From contig CATNEN010000007.1 of assembly GCA_950097015.1 (NCBI GenBank), positions 8,680,001 through 8,744,000 on the forward strand: a stretch of DNA of 64,000 nucleotides. The letters are read 5' to 3'. Position 1 is the first letter of the stretch, and every line of letters begins with the position of its first letter. The notes beneath the pieces were generated by a model, which saw only the letters and a list, made by a program, of their open reading frames with translations, ran no database searches and was not told the DNA's origin. The DNA is from Macrostomum hystrix (Eukaryota > Animalia > Platyhelminthes). The position numbers and the translations under genes are program-made. Positions 24,930 to 38,640 of the stretch are shown here, piece by piece.

Positions 24930-26809
24930 TGAAATATAAAAAAGTGCGGAACTACTCTTGAATAAACTGATGAGACAATGTCTGCGGATTGTCTACTTTT
25001 TCCTTTAGCAATCAGCCATAATCCCAGCAACAATCGCAGCTCGTTGCAATGCACATATGTTTTTTAGTTTTTATTAATTTCATTATCACAACAACTAGCA
25101 ACAACAGTATCAGCGGCGACTTCAAAACCCAGACCAGTACTGACACAGACACGAAGGCATGACCCCTGTGGCATCAACATTGGCTAATTGGCGACCCACT
25201 TTACGTCTACATGGACTGGTTCGATTTGGAAGGTCTGTCCTCGAGTCTTGGATGGTCGAGACCGACTTAAGAGAGGACCTTGGCGTTAAGCAGAGCCTGA
25301 GAGGCCAGCCCTAGCTCTCTGATCTGGGTGCTGGTATCAAACGTTTCTGCATCTCGCAAATGTACGACACCCCCCGTGGGTGAGTCGCTTTTGCCTTGTT
25401 GCGCATTGATCGCAATCTCTGCAACTATTTAGACAACATTTTAGCTTTCTGCATGTTAAATTTCCTTTGTACTTCGTGTCTCAAGCTTAAGTCTCAGTCC
25501 TTATATTTCTTGTACACATCAGAGGATATCAGCATCGAATGATGTAAAAAATGTTTTTATGCCAATAAAATGCTCAAATTGATGGCCCCATTCATCGCGG
25601 AGCAATCGTTTCCAGTTAATAAAGTGACACGATTATCAGACAGATGTGACATCAAGCAGATTTGAAAGGGAAGACTCAGACTCAGAATATGTAGACTCAT
25701 TTTCTACACAAGCAGTCCATCACTGCAACTGGTCCCGACATTCATACGAGTAACTATCGTACACATTGTGCCAAGCCATATGGACTTTGGTGAAATTGAG
25801 AAATGTGTGGCTGAATCTGACTAGCAACACCTCATCATTGCGCAGGAGTGAGTTGCGCAACTTCTTTGCCAGCATTGTCGATGTGTGTACATCGCTGAAG
25901 CACAGTATGCTAGCGAAAACAAGTTACTCTACTAGCAGTTTAACTACCTCGATGTTCTAATGCCCAGTGCTTAGCATGACAGCAGAGGGCTCACCAAGAT
26001 TGCCTAGACCAAACCTTGGTCCATGGCCCTGAAGACAAAAGTGTTGCCAGACTGCCACTAGGGATAACCAGTGATTTCCAAATAATTCAATTTTTCAAGC
26101 AACCTAGCTAGATGATATGATAAGGGTCTATCCTATGGCCTATCCTATATAGGCCATTCAGACATGTAGAAATTCATGGCTTCCAAATTCAATGACTTAA
26201 GTGTCCTCAAACCCAATCACACATTTACGATGGGATAAATTATATTATTTAAACACCAAGGGATGGTTCCAATCTTTGTTATATTTTGGAACATGTGTCT
26301 TTCCATTGTTTTTAACATATAAATTAATTTTTTTGTAGCCATTTTACATTTTTTCTAACATTTTTTGCTTATTTTATTGTGTCAAGTATTATTAATATGA
26401 AGGATGACAAATGTTTAAATTTGTTAAAAGAAATAAGTTTGGTTGAAATAAGTATATCTTCTTGCAAATATTTGTTTGATTAACAAAACAATCTTAACAT
26501 TATGCAATAATGATAGTACACTAAATTAGGCAATCTAGCTCATATTTTATCACATTTGTATATGACATATTTTTTATATGAGCAAAAATCTGCACCTTTC
26601 ACATATTAGATATTTTACAGACTGATATAGCAGATAAAAAACCTGATTCATAAAATAAGAAGTCCCTTTGAAATTATTATTAGATAATTTTCTAATATTC
26701 TAAGAAATAGATTATTAGAATATCAGAAAAATTTTTATGTCAATGCATGTAACCTACAGCTAATGAAAAATATACAAGTATTTAGCTTTTAGTACAATAC
26801 TAATAATAT

Positions 26810-27572
26810 GAATAATATTTGCAGGAGTGCTGTGTGCACTGGCACATAATTTGGCGACAGTAGACACAGTAGCCACCGAGGAGACAATTCCGCCCATTTC
26901 GCTGACTCCTGAGCACACACACACACACAGATAGGCCTACCATACGCAGGCACTCACTCACTCAATGGTGTACATCTGCCCTGACTAGGCCTATCTCATT
27001 GTCAGGCAATGTACACTTTTACTGCGCAAAAAGGCCTTCTCTTCGCAGTCTGCGCCCAAAATTAATGGGTACCTGGACACTTCATCATCTTACAACTTCG
27101 TCATCCAGATGACGATCTGTCCAATATCTCAGAGGGTGGATGACGAAGAGACTTAGACTTGTGGACACTTCGTTATCTATAAAACAAAAGTTTTCTAAGT
27201 TAGAACAGAACCACCCCTCCCCACCTCCTCACATCGTGTTGGCACCTATCCTTCAACTCTTATAATGAAATCAGTTTTGACACCTCTTTTTGACAATTTA
27301 GAGTGTGAAGTGTGTTCACACCTCTGCCCCACCACCCCACCCTCACTTTATTGATGACGAACTTGATTTCTTGTTATTAGTAGATGAAGAACTGACCAAA
27401 CTTTAAAGCATGCCAATTGGCTGGATGACGAAGTGTCCTACCTTCCAAGTGGATGACGAAGTTGTAAGATGACGAAGTGTCTAGGATCCAATTAATGTGG
27501 CCTCAGTGCGGCATCGAGCTCAGGGACCTTGGTGCGAGGGGCAAACTCGTTAACTGCTCTGCCACTCACCCA
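26810..27572 (-). mobile_element. tRNA-derived SINE (family A) split by a MITE insertion
   Basis: Reverse-strand head GGGTGAGTGGCAGAGCAG..AGCTCGATGCC. The body gggcgcag.c.g.g.agagaaggcc...cagtaaaagt.tacac.gc.tgac.atgaga matches the copies at 13145 and 41283. Confidence 0.7.
27068..27489. mobile_element. MITE (non-autonomous DNA transposon) with about 40-bp TIRs and 8-bp TSD AATTAATG
   Basis: Left TIR GGTACCTGGACACTTCATCATCTTACAACTTCGTCATCCA; reverse complement of the right end is GGATCCTAGACACTTCGTCATCTTACAACTTCGTCATCCA. AATTAATG at 27060-27067 and 27490-27497. Confidence 0.88.
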
Positions 27573-29319
27573 CACGATAACATTTATCAGTAGGTTTAGT
27601 TAATATCGTTTGTTGCTTTTACATACAATGAAGGTCTGCTCACACAAGGACCATAGGGACTAGGTCTACTCCGAGTAGTCATTGTTCTCTCATTCATTTG
27701 ATTGTCAAATTATAAAAAAATAGTTTTCGCTTTCTCTAGTGTACAAAATAATAACAATGATTACTTATAAAATATTCTTTATATATATAAAAAACTTATG
27801 GAATATATTTTAAAGTAAATGTAATTATTTTGTATGTTTATTAAAATGTTTTGTTAATCTGCGTTAGATTAACGTGTTTACATAAAAATCGAAAAAAACT
27901 TGGATGCATAAACTACTAAACAACTAGGATTGTAATTGCTTTAGACTAAAGACTTAAAAAGAATGGAGGTAAATCTGAAAGTAGCCAATCTCTGTCTGCA
28001 ATTCGGTTAAGGCTCGAAAAACCTATCTTATATCGGTATCTCTCCTTTTCTCCTTTGCTGGAAGACGTCACGTTCTAAGCAACACTGCAAGCTTCTATAA
28101 GGCCGTTTTTAACAAACACTCTCTGAAGATTGCGAGCTTCGAAGAACGCTTTGCCAACAATTAAGAAGGCTATAATTCGGGGCAGGGTCACACGCTTACT
28201 GATGTGCGGAGCCTTTACCCACCCACGGAAAAGTCAATTAGTACACTGCAGATTGTAAAAGTGAGCACGAAATATTGTTAAATTGTTAAAACTGCTTTTT
28301 TAGCCCCGATTAGACGGGCTTGAGTTGGTCGTCTGTCCCGTGGCTTGAGCCCTATGATAGACTTCACACTGGAAGATTTGTGGCCCATCTGCTTTGGGGT
28401 GCGCTAAATCATTATTATCAATAATATTGTACAAGTATAATAGCAGTATGTTCTCGAGAAGACAAAAGGCAATTAATGTAACCTTCACTCCTGATAAGCC
28501 ACTGTATAACTCTGCCACTGCCACTCACTGTCTACTTCTGGCTGTAACTGCTGAACGCGACATCACTCAAGGATAAGAGTCGTAACGATCGACGCATTTT
28601 GAAGCGAACTATCAAGATTCGGTATTTTCACTTCCCGTTTTTTCTGTTCTACATGTTTATTTTACAGAAAACTGTAAACCTGAGCTGTACATCATTTAGA
28701 CTAAATTGAGGCTCTTAACGAATCGTGAATTTCGTACAATTTTCGTTCAATTTTCAGTAGATTTCTGTAGTCAAAACGACTGTCAGGGTAGTTTTTTAAT
28801 CGAAACTTACAAATAGCAAGTTGTAAGAAGAAACCTCGAAGAAACTACTATTTTTGCTGAAAAACATCAGTTGATTCGCTTTTTTCTCCAAATTTCTTGA
28901 TTGTTTCTGTGATCTTTCTTACCTACCATGTACAACAAATCCACGTACATCCAATTTTAGTGTACCCTCCAAAGCCAATCTCACAAACACGTGCGTTTGA
29001 GGCTCTCAACGTTATAACCAGTCAAAAAAATTTCTCACTTGTTCTCATATTCTGTGTTTCGTGATCAGTGAATTAAAAGCTCTTTACGTAGTATTCATTC
29101 CAAACACTCCCCTTCAAGACTTTATTAGGCTCTAGACTGTCCTTTTATTTTAATTTTGGCTGTTCATCAGAACTAATCAAAACTAAAGCTAAATACTTAT
29201 TTTCGACACTTGCGACTTTCTAAAATTAGATGTACATTTGGTCAGTGTCTCATCCAGTCTAGTTAGCGCGCTTATTGTACATTTGCCTCAGAATGCTATG
29301 CAACTAGTGCAGTCTAACC

Positions 29320-30085
29320 ATGAGCCATTCTCAATCCGACTCCTCCGTAATGACGGAATCTCTAGCGCCAATCACAGCACAGCATGTGCAGTCTCAGCGG
29401 CAGCCCGTACAATCGCTCGTGTTGGAAGACATGTGGTCCGTGCTAACTGTGTCAGAAGGAGATCAGCCGCGACACTCAGATGCTCCATTCCTGTATTGCT
29501 ACGACTACTTGGGACCTGAGCACAAAGTACTATTCGAAAAAATTGCTACAGAGTACACCATGGGAAGCACGCAAATGCAACATCAAAGGAAAGATACGAG
29601 CCGTATGCGACGAACCGCGGCGCACATTTGCATACGGAAAGCCGTATACGCTTACGCAGGAGTCGAATGGCCAGAAAATGAAAAGTGGCCTGAAGAGCTC
29701 TTAAAAATTCGGGACCAATTATCCTTAGAGACTGGAGTACAATTTAACAGCGCTTTGCTCAACCTCTACCGAGATGGCAAAGATTCCATCGGATTCCACA
29801 AGGACGATGAAGATTGCCTTGGTTGCTATCCAACAATCGCCAGCCTCTCGCTTGGCTCTGTGAGAACCTTGGTCATTCGAAATATCAAGGAATCGAGAGA
29901 CTACAGCCTCGTTATGAGTCCAGGAAGCTTATTGATCATGCGTGGTCTCTCTCAGACTGACCCTACACTCTGTGCTGAAGGAGCAGGATAGTGCACCGCG
30001 TTTAAGTGTCACTTTTCGCTGCGTTCAGATAACGAATGGAACTGCTGACAGCTCCGAGAAGCAGGACGTCGAAGATGCCCTAGCA
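29320..30085 (+). pseudogene. AlkB-family 2OG-Fe(II) dioxygenase domain (ALKBH2/ALKBH3-like), N-terminal part of LINE ORF1; frameshift near 29962
   Basis: YAYAG...WP..L..IRD....TGVQFNSALLNLYRDGKDSIGFHKDDE..LG..PTIASLSLG..R...GSLLIM.G..Q, then LHSVLKE....PRLSVTFR in the next frame. This gives the HxD...H...RxxxxxR signature. Confidence 0.92.
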
Positions 30086-30675
30086 CTCTATCTCTATCTA
30101 TTTGCAGGGGGGCCCGGCCGGGGCACTTGTCGCACAAGCGACGGAGCGGCACGCCCCCAGACCGGCAAACTAGGCGCTTAGCGGCCATCGCGCCGCCTCC
30201 CCTGAGCAGGCACCACACACAGCAGCACAGACCAGTCGGGGAGGGCAGGAGGCACCCAGAATAGGCAGCAGTGCCCCCCACCCCAGCCCCACACGCACAG
30301 AGCAGACCAAGCCGGGGCGGAAGTCTGATAAGAAATCAGTCCTCAGGGGGGTGATGAGTGTACACTTATCCAATCGCGCTGACGGAAATCCAGAAAGCGC
30401 GCGGCGGTGTACACCCGCCCCCAGCCACCCCCGCAAGGCATCACGCCCCAGCGCCAACGCACACAACTCACACAACGCAGAACAGGCACACAGAAGGTAG
30501 GAGCGAAGCTGTTATTTCAAGCTTTGATTGCACGAAATATGGTGCACCTCCGCCGGTCGCTACTGTCCAAACCCCCCCAACAAGTCCCGAAATTAATCGT
30601 GACTTAAAGGGAGAATCGAACTAGCGTCCATTGGAGTGCGAGGCAGCGACGCTAGCCGCTGATCCACTCGCCCCT
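30086..30675 (-). mobile_element. tRNA-derived SINE (about 590 bp) inserted in LINE ORF1, 14-bp TSD AAGATGCCCTAGCA
   Basis: TSD at 30072-30085 and 30676-30689. Reverse-strand head GGGGCGAGTGGATCAGCGG..AGTTCGATTC (A and B boxes). (GATAGA)n tail. Confidence 0.88.
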
Positions 30676-31163
30676 AAGATGCCCTAGCAGTCGAATCAGC
30701 AAATAGCAAAGAAGTTAAGCCAAGTGAAGCCGAACCGCAAACAGCTACCGCAGAAGAAAGCGAAACTGCGGTTGACATCTCATTTCTTTGACAAGCCAAA
30801 CAATCAAGAACAAGGTGGCGCAAGAGTCAATCAGTGACAGGCAGCAACTGGGAGGCAACATCTGCAGAGGAATCGAGCCTATGTGACGGACAGGCGACAG
30901 CTCAATTCAAAGTTCTGAAAAGTAAGAAAGCAAAGAAAGGACAAGCGCTGAGAAAAGCAAGCGATAGACCGGAAACACGAACGTTAGCAGTGAAAGCGAC
31001 CCAAACCGAAGTAGTGCTCGTCGACACTGCATGCAACACCGACTCCAGTCTACTGATGGACACGGACCTTAAACGGTTGAAAGCGGTTGAAGAAGGTGTC
31101 GCAGCGGTCCTAAGTGAGATCAAGCAGCTAGCACACCGGCTTTCTATGGATGACTATATACAA

Positions 31164-33838
31164 GCTCGCATCGGCGAGACGCAACGCCTGTGAGGTATGA
31201 GTCAGTCCAGGCCCACGGGCTAAGGTCTGCGATGCCTCACACCTGCAGACGCTTTTTGAGCAGGCATGGCAGGAAGGAGCCCTGTGCCTTCGGGTGCAGG
31301 AATCCCTCCACGCCGTCCCGTCAGCTGACCCATGGGTACACGTCCCGCGAGTGTTCAAGGCTGACCCTAGGGCAGCCGGACAGAATGGGCAACAGCGCTG
31401 GATGACCCATCCAGGGCCTCTGGCCAAACTGGGTACCTCTAGCCCTGGCTGGAGGGAAAGGTGTCACCCTTTGACCTTAACAGGGTATGCGGCCGGTCCG
31501 CAGCGTTCGTGCACCTGTGCGTGATCAGGTACCTCTGGCTACGGCTTTGAGGGAAAGGTGTCACCCTTTGACCTTAACAGGTTTCGACCGAGGGTACGTG
31601 GCCAGCCCACGGGAGCTGACGCTGCCGATTGCGTCCTCCAATGCCCCAGTGTTTACCGCACTGATGGGCGCTTGGCAGGGGAGTATGCCTGTCGCTAGCG
31701 GTTCCCCCTCCTGGTGTCGAGCCAGCCCTGAGGGTTATTTTTGGCTTACCTCCCAGCTTGGTGACGCGGTTTGGAGGTTTCTCATTTTTGCGCACCACCT
31801 TTTCTCATGGCCTTCGAGCCGATTATGGACCTAGCCAAAATCTTAGGTTTGGGGATCCTTCAAAACCCCAACCTCAGTCTGAGGGAGCGGCCGGTTCAAC
31901 CGGCAGATCCCAACCGACTGACTCCATGGCGAAGGAAGGGGCGCGCGGCACTGCTGGCAAACCCGACCGGAACCGAACCACAGTGGGACCTGCCAGCCTA
32001 GCTGGTGGATCTAAAGGACCCGCTACTCTCGGCGCCAAAGGACCGGCCAAGTCTGGCAGATCCGAGGAAGCTGAGAAGGCCCGGCTTGCAAAAAAGCGGG
32101 CCAAACAGCGCGCCAACAGGGCAACAAAGAGGGCCAAAGCGGCGGCGCCCATCCAGGGTGCTGAAGCTGGCGGCTCCTCTGAGCAGCCCAACAGGCCGAC
32201 GGACGGAGGTAGCAGTGGCTCAGTGGCAGCGCCCTCCGGGGAAGCTGCTGCGGATGCTGCCGCAGCTGAAGCCGTAGCGCACCCCATGGCCGAGGAAGCG
32301 GAGGCGGCTACCTCGGGAGCTACCTACGCGGCCAAAGCCAAGGCCAAGATTCCGGGTGAAAGTGATGCTCCAGTGTCATGACCGGGACTGGTCGGCTAAC
32401 CAGCTTCAGGAGGTGTGGAAGGCTATTGACTCCTACCTCATCAAGCTGACTGTCGATGAGGGCATCTCCATCGGCATTGAACGGATGGTGCTTCGCGGCA
32501 CATCCATTCTTATCGCTCCGAGTAGCGAGGAGGACGCTCGGCGGCTGATTCAGCAGTTACCGACGATCTCCTGGGATGCTGACCTTGGTCACCCTGTTTT
32601 TCGCGCGAAGTTCAAGTTTATGAGAGATTTCGCTAAGAGGAAAATTATACCTCACAGCGATCTTTGCCTCAAAATCCTCAACGAGTGTGATGCCCATCAT
32701 GTCCTCACGGATAACATCGCCTCGAGACCGAACGCGAGACAAGGCTACGACGTAGTCATCGATCCACGCGACGAAATCAATGACAGCTGGAATCGCGGTG
32801 AACTTCATTGCTACACTGATGGATCCAAACAGTCAAAGAACACCGTTTTCGGTGTCTGCATCTTTCACAATGGGCAGCTGGTTTGCAACCCACGCCCAAC
32901 ACACTGGCGTCAACTCCAGTGTCTTCCAGAATGAGGTCCTTGCCATCAGCTCCTGCTCTGCAGAGCTGCTCGCTACTGGCGTGAAAGGTAAAGATATCAT
33001 CTTCCACTCTGACAGTCAGGCAGCACTTTATGCCATCCGCAGTCGCTGCATTGGCTCGGCAACGGTCCTCGACTTTATCAAGCATCTCAACATGTTGGCC
33101 TCCACCAACAAGGTCACCCTCAAATGGGTGCCCGGACACGAGGGATTTCAGGCAACGAGATGGCTGACGTTCTAGCGAAAGCCGGCGCCGCTGGATCCTC
33201 CTGGGGACCCGAACCTCTGGTTCCGGTCCCAAACTGTGTCATCAACTCACGAATCAAAGCGTGGGTGAAACTACAGCACTACTCGCTCTGGGCGAACTGC
33301 AACAACTGCAGGCAATCTAGAGAGGCTGTTCCGCAGCCCTCCCGCAAACTCCGGAACCTCCTTCTGCGTCTCCCGCGCAAGGACATCCGAGCGGCCACCA
33401 TGACCCTATCTGGGCATGAGTGCTTCACCAGGCACGAATACCTACAGGGCAATGTTACCAACGCTACCTGTAGTTTTTGCAACTCAGGTGACGAAACCGC
33501 TGAACATTTTGTCAGCATCTGCCCCGCCTTCATGCGGGACAGAATTACCTATCTCGGGCCACACACTTCCATCCAGGAAGCATGTAAACCCGAAAACTTT
33601 AATCAGCTCATGCGCTACCTTCGGGCCACCCGCAGAGTTGAACTCCCTCTTCCAGGGAGCGACGTGGCTGCGGAGAGCGACGTGGCTGCGGAGAGCGACT
33701 CCGAGGGACCTCTCTGGGCGACGCCAACTCCTCGTCTGTGACGGTGCGTCGGTCGTTCAGGGACTAGCGGAATGGGCGGCATCGTCTTCCCGCTGAGTCC
33801 CTCTATGGGACCACCCTGCAGCTAAGTCAGTAAGTCAA
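31164..33838 (+). mobile_element. Internally deleted RNase H-bearing non-LTR element (LOA/R1/I-group-like) nested in LINE ORF1, 12-bp TSD GACTATATACAA
   Basis: TSD at 31152-31163 and 33839-33850. ORF1-like segment 31926-32600 is joined to RNase H (YTDGSK; SVFQNEVLAI; SDSQAAL; LKWVPGH; GNEMAD.LAK) and a CxxC..ETAEH..C knuckle. (TAAGTCA)n tail. Confidence 0.88.
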
Positions 33839-33850
33839 GACTATATACAA

Positions 33851-35106
33851 AAAGCCCGAAATACGCTCCAATCGTTGATTTCTTCACTAAGTCACAATAT
33901 TGAGGCCCGGGTGCTGGCCAGCCAAGCAGAGATTCTTAAAACACTGAACACGAGTAAAGCAGAATCAACTAACCAAACAAAGCAAATGATTGCTTCAACC
34001 AAAGACTTACTCATTGCCGAAGAACGCGCAACAAGAGAGGATATTCACAAGAGTAAAGCGGCGATCAAGGAGTTGCATGATAAAATCACAGAGATGCATA
34101 GCCAGCCAAAACATGTGTCAAGCCCAAGCAGGACATATGCGGAAGCCCTAAAATCTCAAACAGCATCATCAGCACCATCGAGAAGCGAGCAGCCGACAAG
34201 ACCTCCAGAAATCTCGGTTCTGGCAGCGCCAGCAGAACAAGCAGCTCGACACCCAAAAAGGTCAACGCAATCGCTACACGATGTAATAGTTCTGAGCACC
34301 AAGCGAGGAAAAATGATCGACTACAGAAGGATTTTCCATAACAACACACTGCGAGTTGTGTACTACGAGTCGCAAAGTAAATTAATAGAAATCCTAAGAG
34401 CACCGAACTTTGTCGCTCAAGAGTGCTTAGTTATCGACTTAGATCCGGGTCTCTCAGTTGAGTCGACATACAAAGTAGTGTCAGCGATTGCAGAGGGATC
34501 GGCAAACCATCATGGGAGCTGTCAGCACCTTCCCGAGAAGAACACCACAGTCGCAAAAATATTCGAAGGCGAACTGAAGGACTACAATGTAAACCATCGC
34601 CTACTGGTAATCGATTTCGCCGATCACCACCATCAGTTAGATGGAGCACTGAGTGGAAGCGGAGTGGGTTATCTTCATACAGCTATTGCAATTGTGCGAA
34701 AGACCTACAAATTAAAACAAGAAGCTATGTAAGCCATCCCATGCAAAACAGAAGAATTCCAACTAATTCGAGAAGTAAGGAAAGGCTGGATTACTTCCAA
34801 AGAAACACTCACGCTCAGTACCAGCCCGCTCGAAGTAAATATCACCAGAACTCCTTCGACAGAAGTCACAGAAATTTCACGTCTCACACTTACAACGAGA
34901 ACTATCGTGCAAATGTAGAGGACAGCCGCGGATTACGCCACCGTCGCGGTTACAATCGCTATCCCAGATATGGTCTCTCTGGCCACAACAACGCAGCAAG
35001 CGCACAATATGAGACTGCTCCCTACTGGGAGAGGCACTCAAGAGGCACTCGAGACGATCGCCACGCCACCCGCTACAACGGACGCTACGGTACCAGGCCT
35101 TGGTAG
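33851..35106 (+). pseudogene. C-terminal part of LINE ORF1 (coiled coil, possible SGNH-like alpha/beta domain, R/Y/H-rich basic tail)
   Basis: In frame with the 30690-31163 segment across the TSD (MDDYIQ|KARNTLQSLISSL). Heptad-rich region, TYAEALK motif, and location directly upstream of ORF2. Confidence 0.7.
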
Positions 35107-35359
35107 ATCAACAAAACGGTTTGCGTCAAAGGAGGAGCGGAGTCGAGAGGGCTCATGGTTAACGTTTATCGGAGAAACTTCTGAACTTCTTCTTGTTGCT
35201 TCGCTGTAGTATTTTCTCACTGCTAACTTCTGTCTATTCCTTTTTGAGATAACTGGTTATCAAATATTAATTGCGAAATGCTATCTTATTCAACCGCGAA
35301 TTTTAACTCCCATATAGCCCAGCCAGCTCAGGGCAGTCGCAATCAGTTCACTAATAAGA

Positions 35360-38300
35360 ATGAAGAATGAAGCAAGTAGCCAGCAGCTGCTCATTACAAG
35401 CTGGAACATAGACGGACTGACATTTAATGGCGAGTGCAAATTGGAGTCACCAAGCTTCCAGGAGCAAGTGAGAAACAGAGATATAGTATTTCTATGCGAG
35501 ACACACAGTAAAAAAGACATTTTCGAGTCGAAGCTTACCACAAACTTTATCAGCTTTGGGGCAGATGGAATAAAAAAACGGGGAGTGAACAAAGGTAGAC
35601 TATCCAATGGAGTGGCATTTCGAATTCTCACTTGTACTCAAACTAAATCGATCGCAGAGCTCAGATCCAATATTTATTATAGGCTGCTACGTTCCGCCCG
35701 AGACTTCCAAGTACGATGAGGGTGTCTGGGAGGATATAAAAGGTCTCATTCAGACGTACTCCACAATAGGAATCGTTCTCACAATCGGTGATTTTAATGC
35801 AAGGACGGGAAAAAACAAACATGGCCTCCAACTCTTAGAAGTGTGTTGTGAAACTAAATCAGCAATCCTTAATGGGCTAAGTGGAGTAGCTGAAGGGGAT
35901 ATTTTGGGAAACTACACTTACAGTTGTACGCTGGGACGCAGCACTATTGATTATGCCATTGCGTCCATAGATAGTCTTGACATGGTGGAAGATTTCTTTG
36001 TCCACCCTCAAAAATTCCTCTCAAAGCACTCTCCATTGACAGTCAAAGTGCGCATACAAGACATGAACCCTCAGGAAGTGGTACGCGGGAATAAGACCAT
36101 AAACTCTCCAAGGCCACCCACCTGGAATCCCGTTGCACAGCAGCACTTCATCGAAGCCCTAGAAAGTCAACAGAGTCTGGAATACATAAAGCAGATTGTT
36201 ACACAGGAAGTAAAGGAGACCTCATCTATTGACGATCTCACATCTAAGTTAAACCGTCTGCTGGAGGAGTCCGTTCCCAAGAGCGGGGGTAAAAATATTA
36301 TTCCCAACAAATTCTGGATAAACAGAGACGAAAATCTTAGGGATTCGGCTAAATCATTAAAGTACGTAGCAAGGAAAAAAAACTCGAAAGCCAGCGGACA
36401 GATCACTAGTCACAGAATACGATGAGCTTGCAAAGAAGTATTGGAACCATCTAAAAAAGCTGAAAAAAGCAGACATAAATTATTTTATCCAGAAAATGGC
36501 ATGCTCCAACACATCCAGGGGATTTTGGTCAGGTTTAAAACGAGCCGAGGAATTGCTGTTTCCCAACAAGCGAGTTTCCAGGGCACAACCCCCAATAGCA
36601 GATATTCAGAAGCACCTAAGCAGCGTTTTCAACATGCAACCCTCAGTCAGATGCATGCCTCCGAAGTCATCCACCGAACCCAAAAATCTTTACAGACACA
36701 ACAGTCAGCACCCAGAAAATTGATAAGGCATTGAAAAAACTAAAGAAGAAAAAGGCAGCAGGAGTTGACGGAATAACAAACGAGCACATCATTTATGGCC
36801 TCACAGTTATATACAAGCCCGCTCTGCAGAAGCTATTCAACTCAATCCTTAGGCTTGGATATACTCCTAAGCAATGGTCACTAGCATTGGTAAGCCCAAT
36901 CTACAAGAAGGGGTCTCGCAGTGATCCAAAGAACTACAGACCAATAAGCGTCCTGCCAGCCATCGCGAGACTGTTTGCATAAATTATTTACGAGAAATTA
37001 GAAGCACACATCAAAGCCCTGAACTTGCTATCGGCTAGTCAAATAGGAAACAGAAAAGGCTGCCGGACTTCCGATCACATTGCAACCCTATTGACATTAA
37101 TTCTTAAAAAGAAGAAAATGAAAAGACCTTTCCATTTAGTTTTCTTTGATTTAAAAATTGCCTTTGACATTGTTCACCACCCAACCCTAGTCACACGATT
37201 AAAGCAGTTGGGCGTGAACCCAGCAATAATAACATTGAGATTATGTACTCAAGCGCGAAATTTCACCTCAAGGTGTCAGAAGGCACAGCTACTGAGGCGT
37301 GTCGAACCACTAATGGCGTCAGGCAATGATGCCCCCTATCTCCACTGCTATTCTCCCTATACATCGACCCGCTAAGCACAATTCTAAAAAACTCATTTCA
37401 AAGCGATACCTCCATATTGAATGAAGAAGTAAACAACCTGCTTTATTGTGACGGTTTAGTCATTTTTGGTGAAGACCTGACAGTATTACAAAAAGGCCTC
37501 GACAAAGTAGCAGATTTTTGCAATACTCATAAATTAGAAATAAACACTGAGAAGACACAGCTTCTGAGCTGCAATCTCCACTCAAGGGCAACACATAGAC
37601 TGTTTTTACATGGTCAACTGGTTGAACCCGTACAGCAGTGGAAATATCCTGGGTTTCAAATGAACGTGAAGGGAACAATAGATACTCATGCCATAGAACT
37701 AGGCAAAAAAAGTGGATATCCAATAATGCTTCTGAGAAACTTAACGGGATTTCATAGAGTAAAACACAAACAGCTCATCCTGTTTAGCACAACTATGATT
37801 GAAAGCATAGTTCTCTATGCATCAGAGGCCTGGGGAGCTTTTGTCTCCTGGAAACTGGGTACTTGGGATCGGAACCTTATAGAGAGAATTAATTTTAAGA
37901 TCTGCAGAATCTGCAAGTCGATTCTGCAAGTTAGTCCAAACACTGACAGCAATGGTGCTCGGTCCGAATTAGGAAGACTACCGCTATTATATAGTATTCA
38001 AAGAAGAAGCCTTCAATACTAGTCCTCAGTTCGGAGCCGACCAGACTCCATCATCGCGAAATTGGTGGCAGATACAGAATACAGCGATGTTGGCATTGGG
38101 GAAAAATGAATAGTGAAGTAATGCGGAATTGTCAACAGACTAGAAGAACAAAGTCCATCAAAACGCACAGGGAGAACTTTGAGTCAGAGTTTCGAAGGCA
38201 CTGGACTCAGAGGATGGAAAAATCAGCCAAGCTCAGCCACTTCTATTAACACATTTAAGAAAGATTTCTCCCGAGAAAAGTACCTAACAATAATCTCTAA

Positions 38301-38640
38301 CCCAGAACAAAGGCGCACAATGCCCCGATTTCGTCTAGGAAACCACAAACTGGCCTGTGAGACATTGCGCACTGTAAGACCGAAAATCGCCTATGAAAAC
38401 AGAACATGTCCAAAATATAGGTAGTCGAGGTAGAGAACGAAACTCATATTCTCTTTAGATACGATTGATCCGTTTATGTTCCAATTAGAAAAAAATTCAT
38501 AGAGAAAGTGGCAGGTACTGTTCGAAATGACGAAAGCCTAACAGCTGATGACAAAATTATGTATTTAATGACACAGGAAAGCACAGAATTAACAGAAAGT
38601 TTTGTGGACTTCATAGAAAGCATACTTAAGGCAAGATAAA
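35360..38640 (+). pseudogene. LINE ORF2: AP endonuclease + reverse transcriptase + C-terminal zinc-finger-like region, frameshifted
   Basis: ITSWNIDGL; DIVFLCETH; GDFNARTG; STIDY; KAAGVDGI; PIYKKG...DPKNYRPISVL; FFDLKIAFD; LLYCDG; RFRLGNHKL..ET...RTC. Confidence 0.93.

Noticed and set aside
29320-30085. AlkB as an independent host ALKBH3 gene
   Set aside because: It is intronless and, after removal of the TSD-bounded inserts, continues in frame into LINE ORF1 sequence, so it is treated as part of the element pending a copy-number check.
30320-30395. Possible hammerhead ribozyme in the SINE (ctgataag / gtgatgag / gaaa)
   Set aside because: No exact CUGANGA core with correctly paired helices could be built by eye.
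31164-31260. HDV-like ribozyme at the 5' end of the nested element
   Set aside because: I could not assemble the nested double pseudoknot by eye; a covariance-model search is needed.
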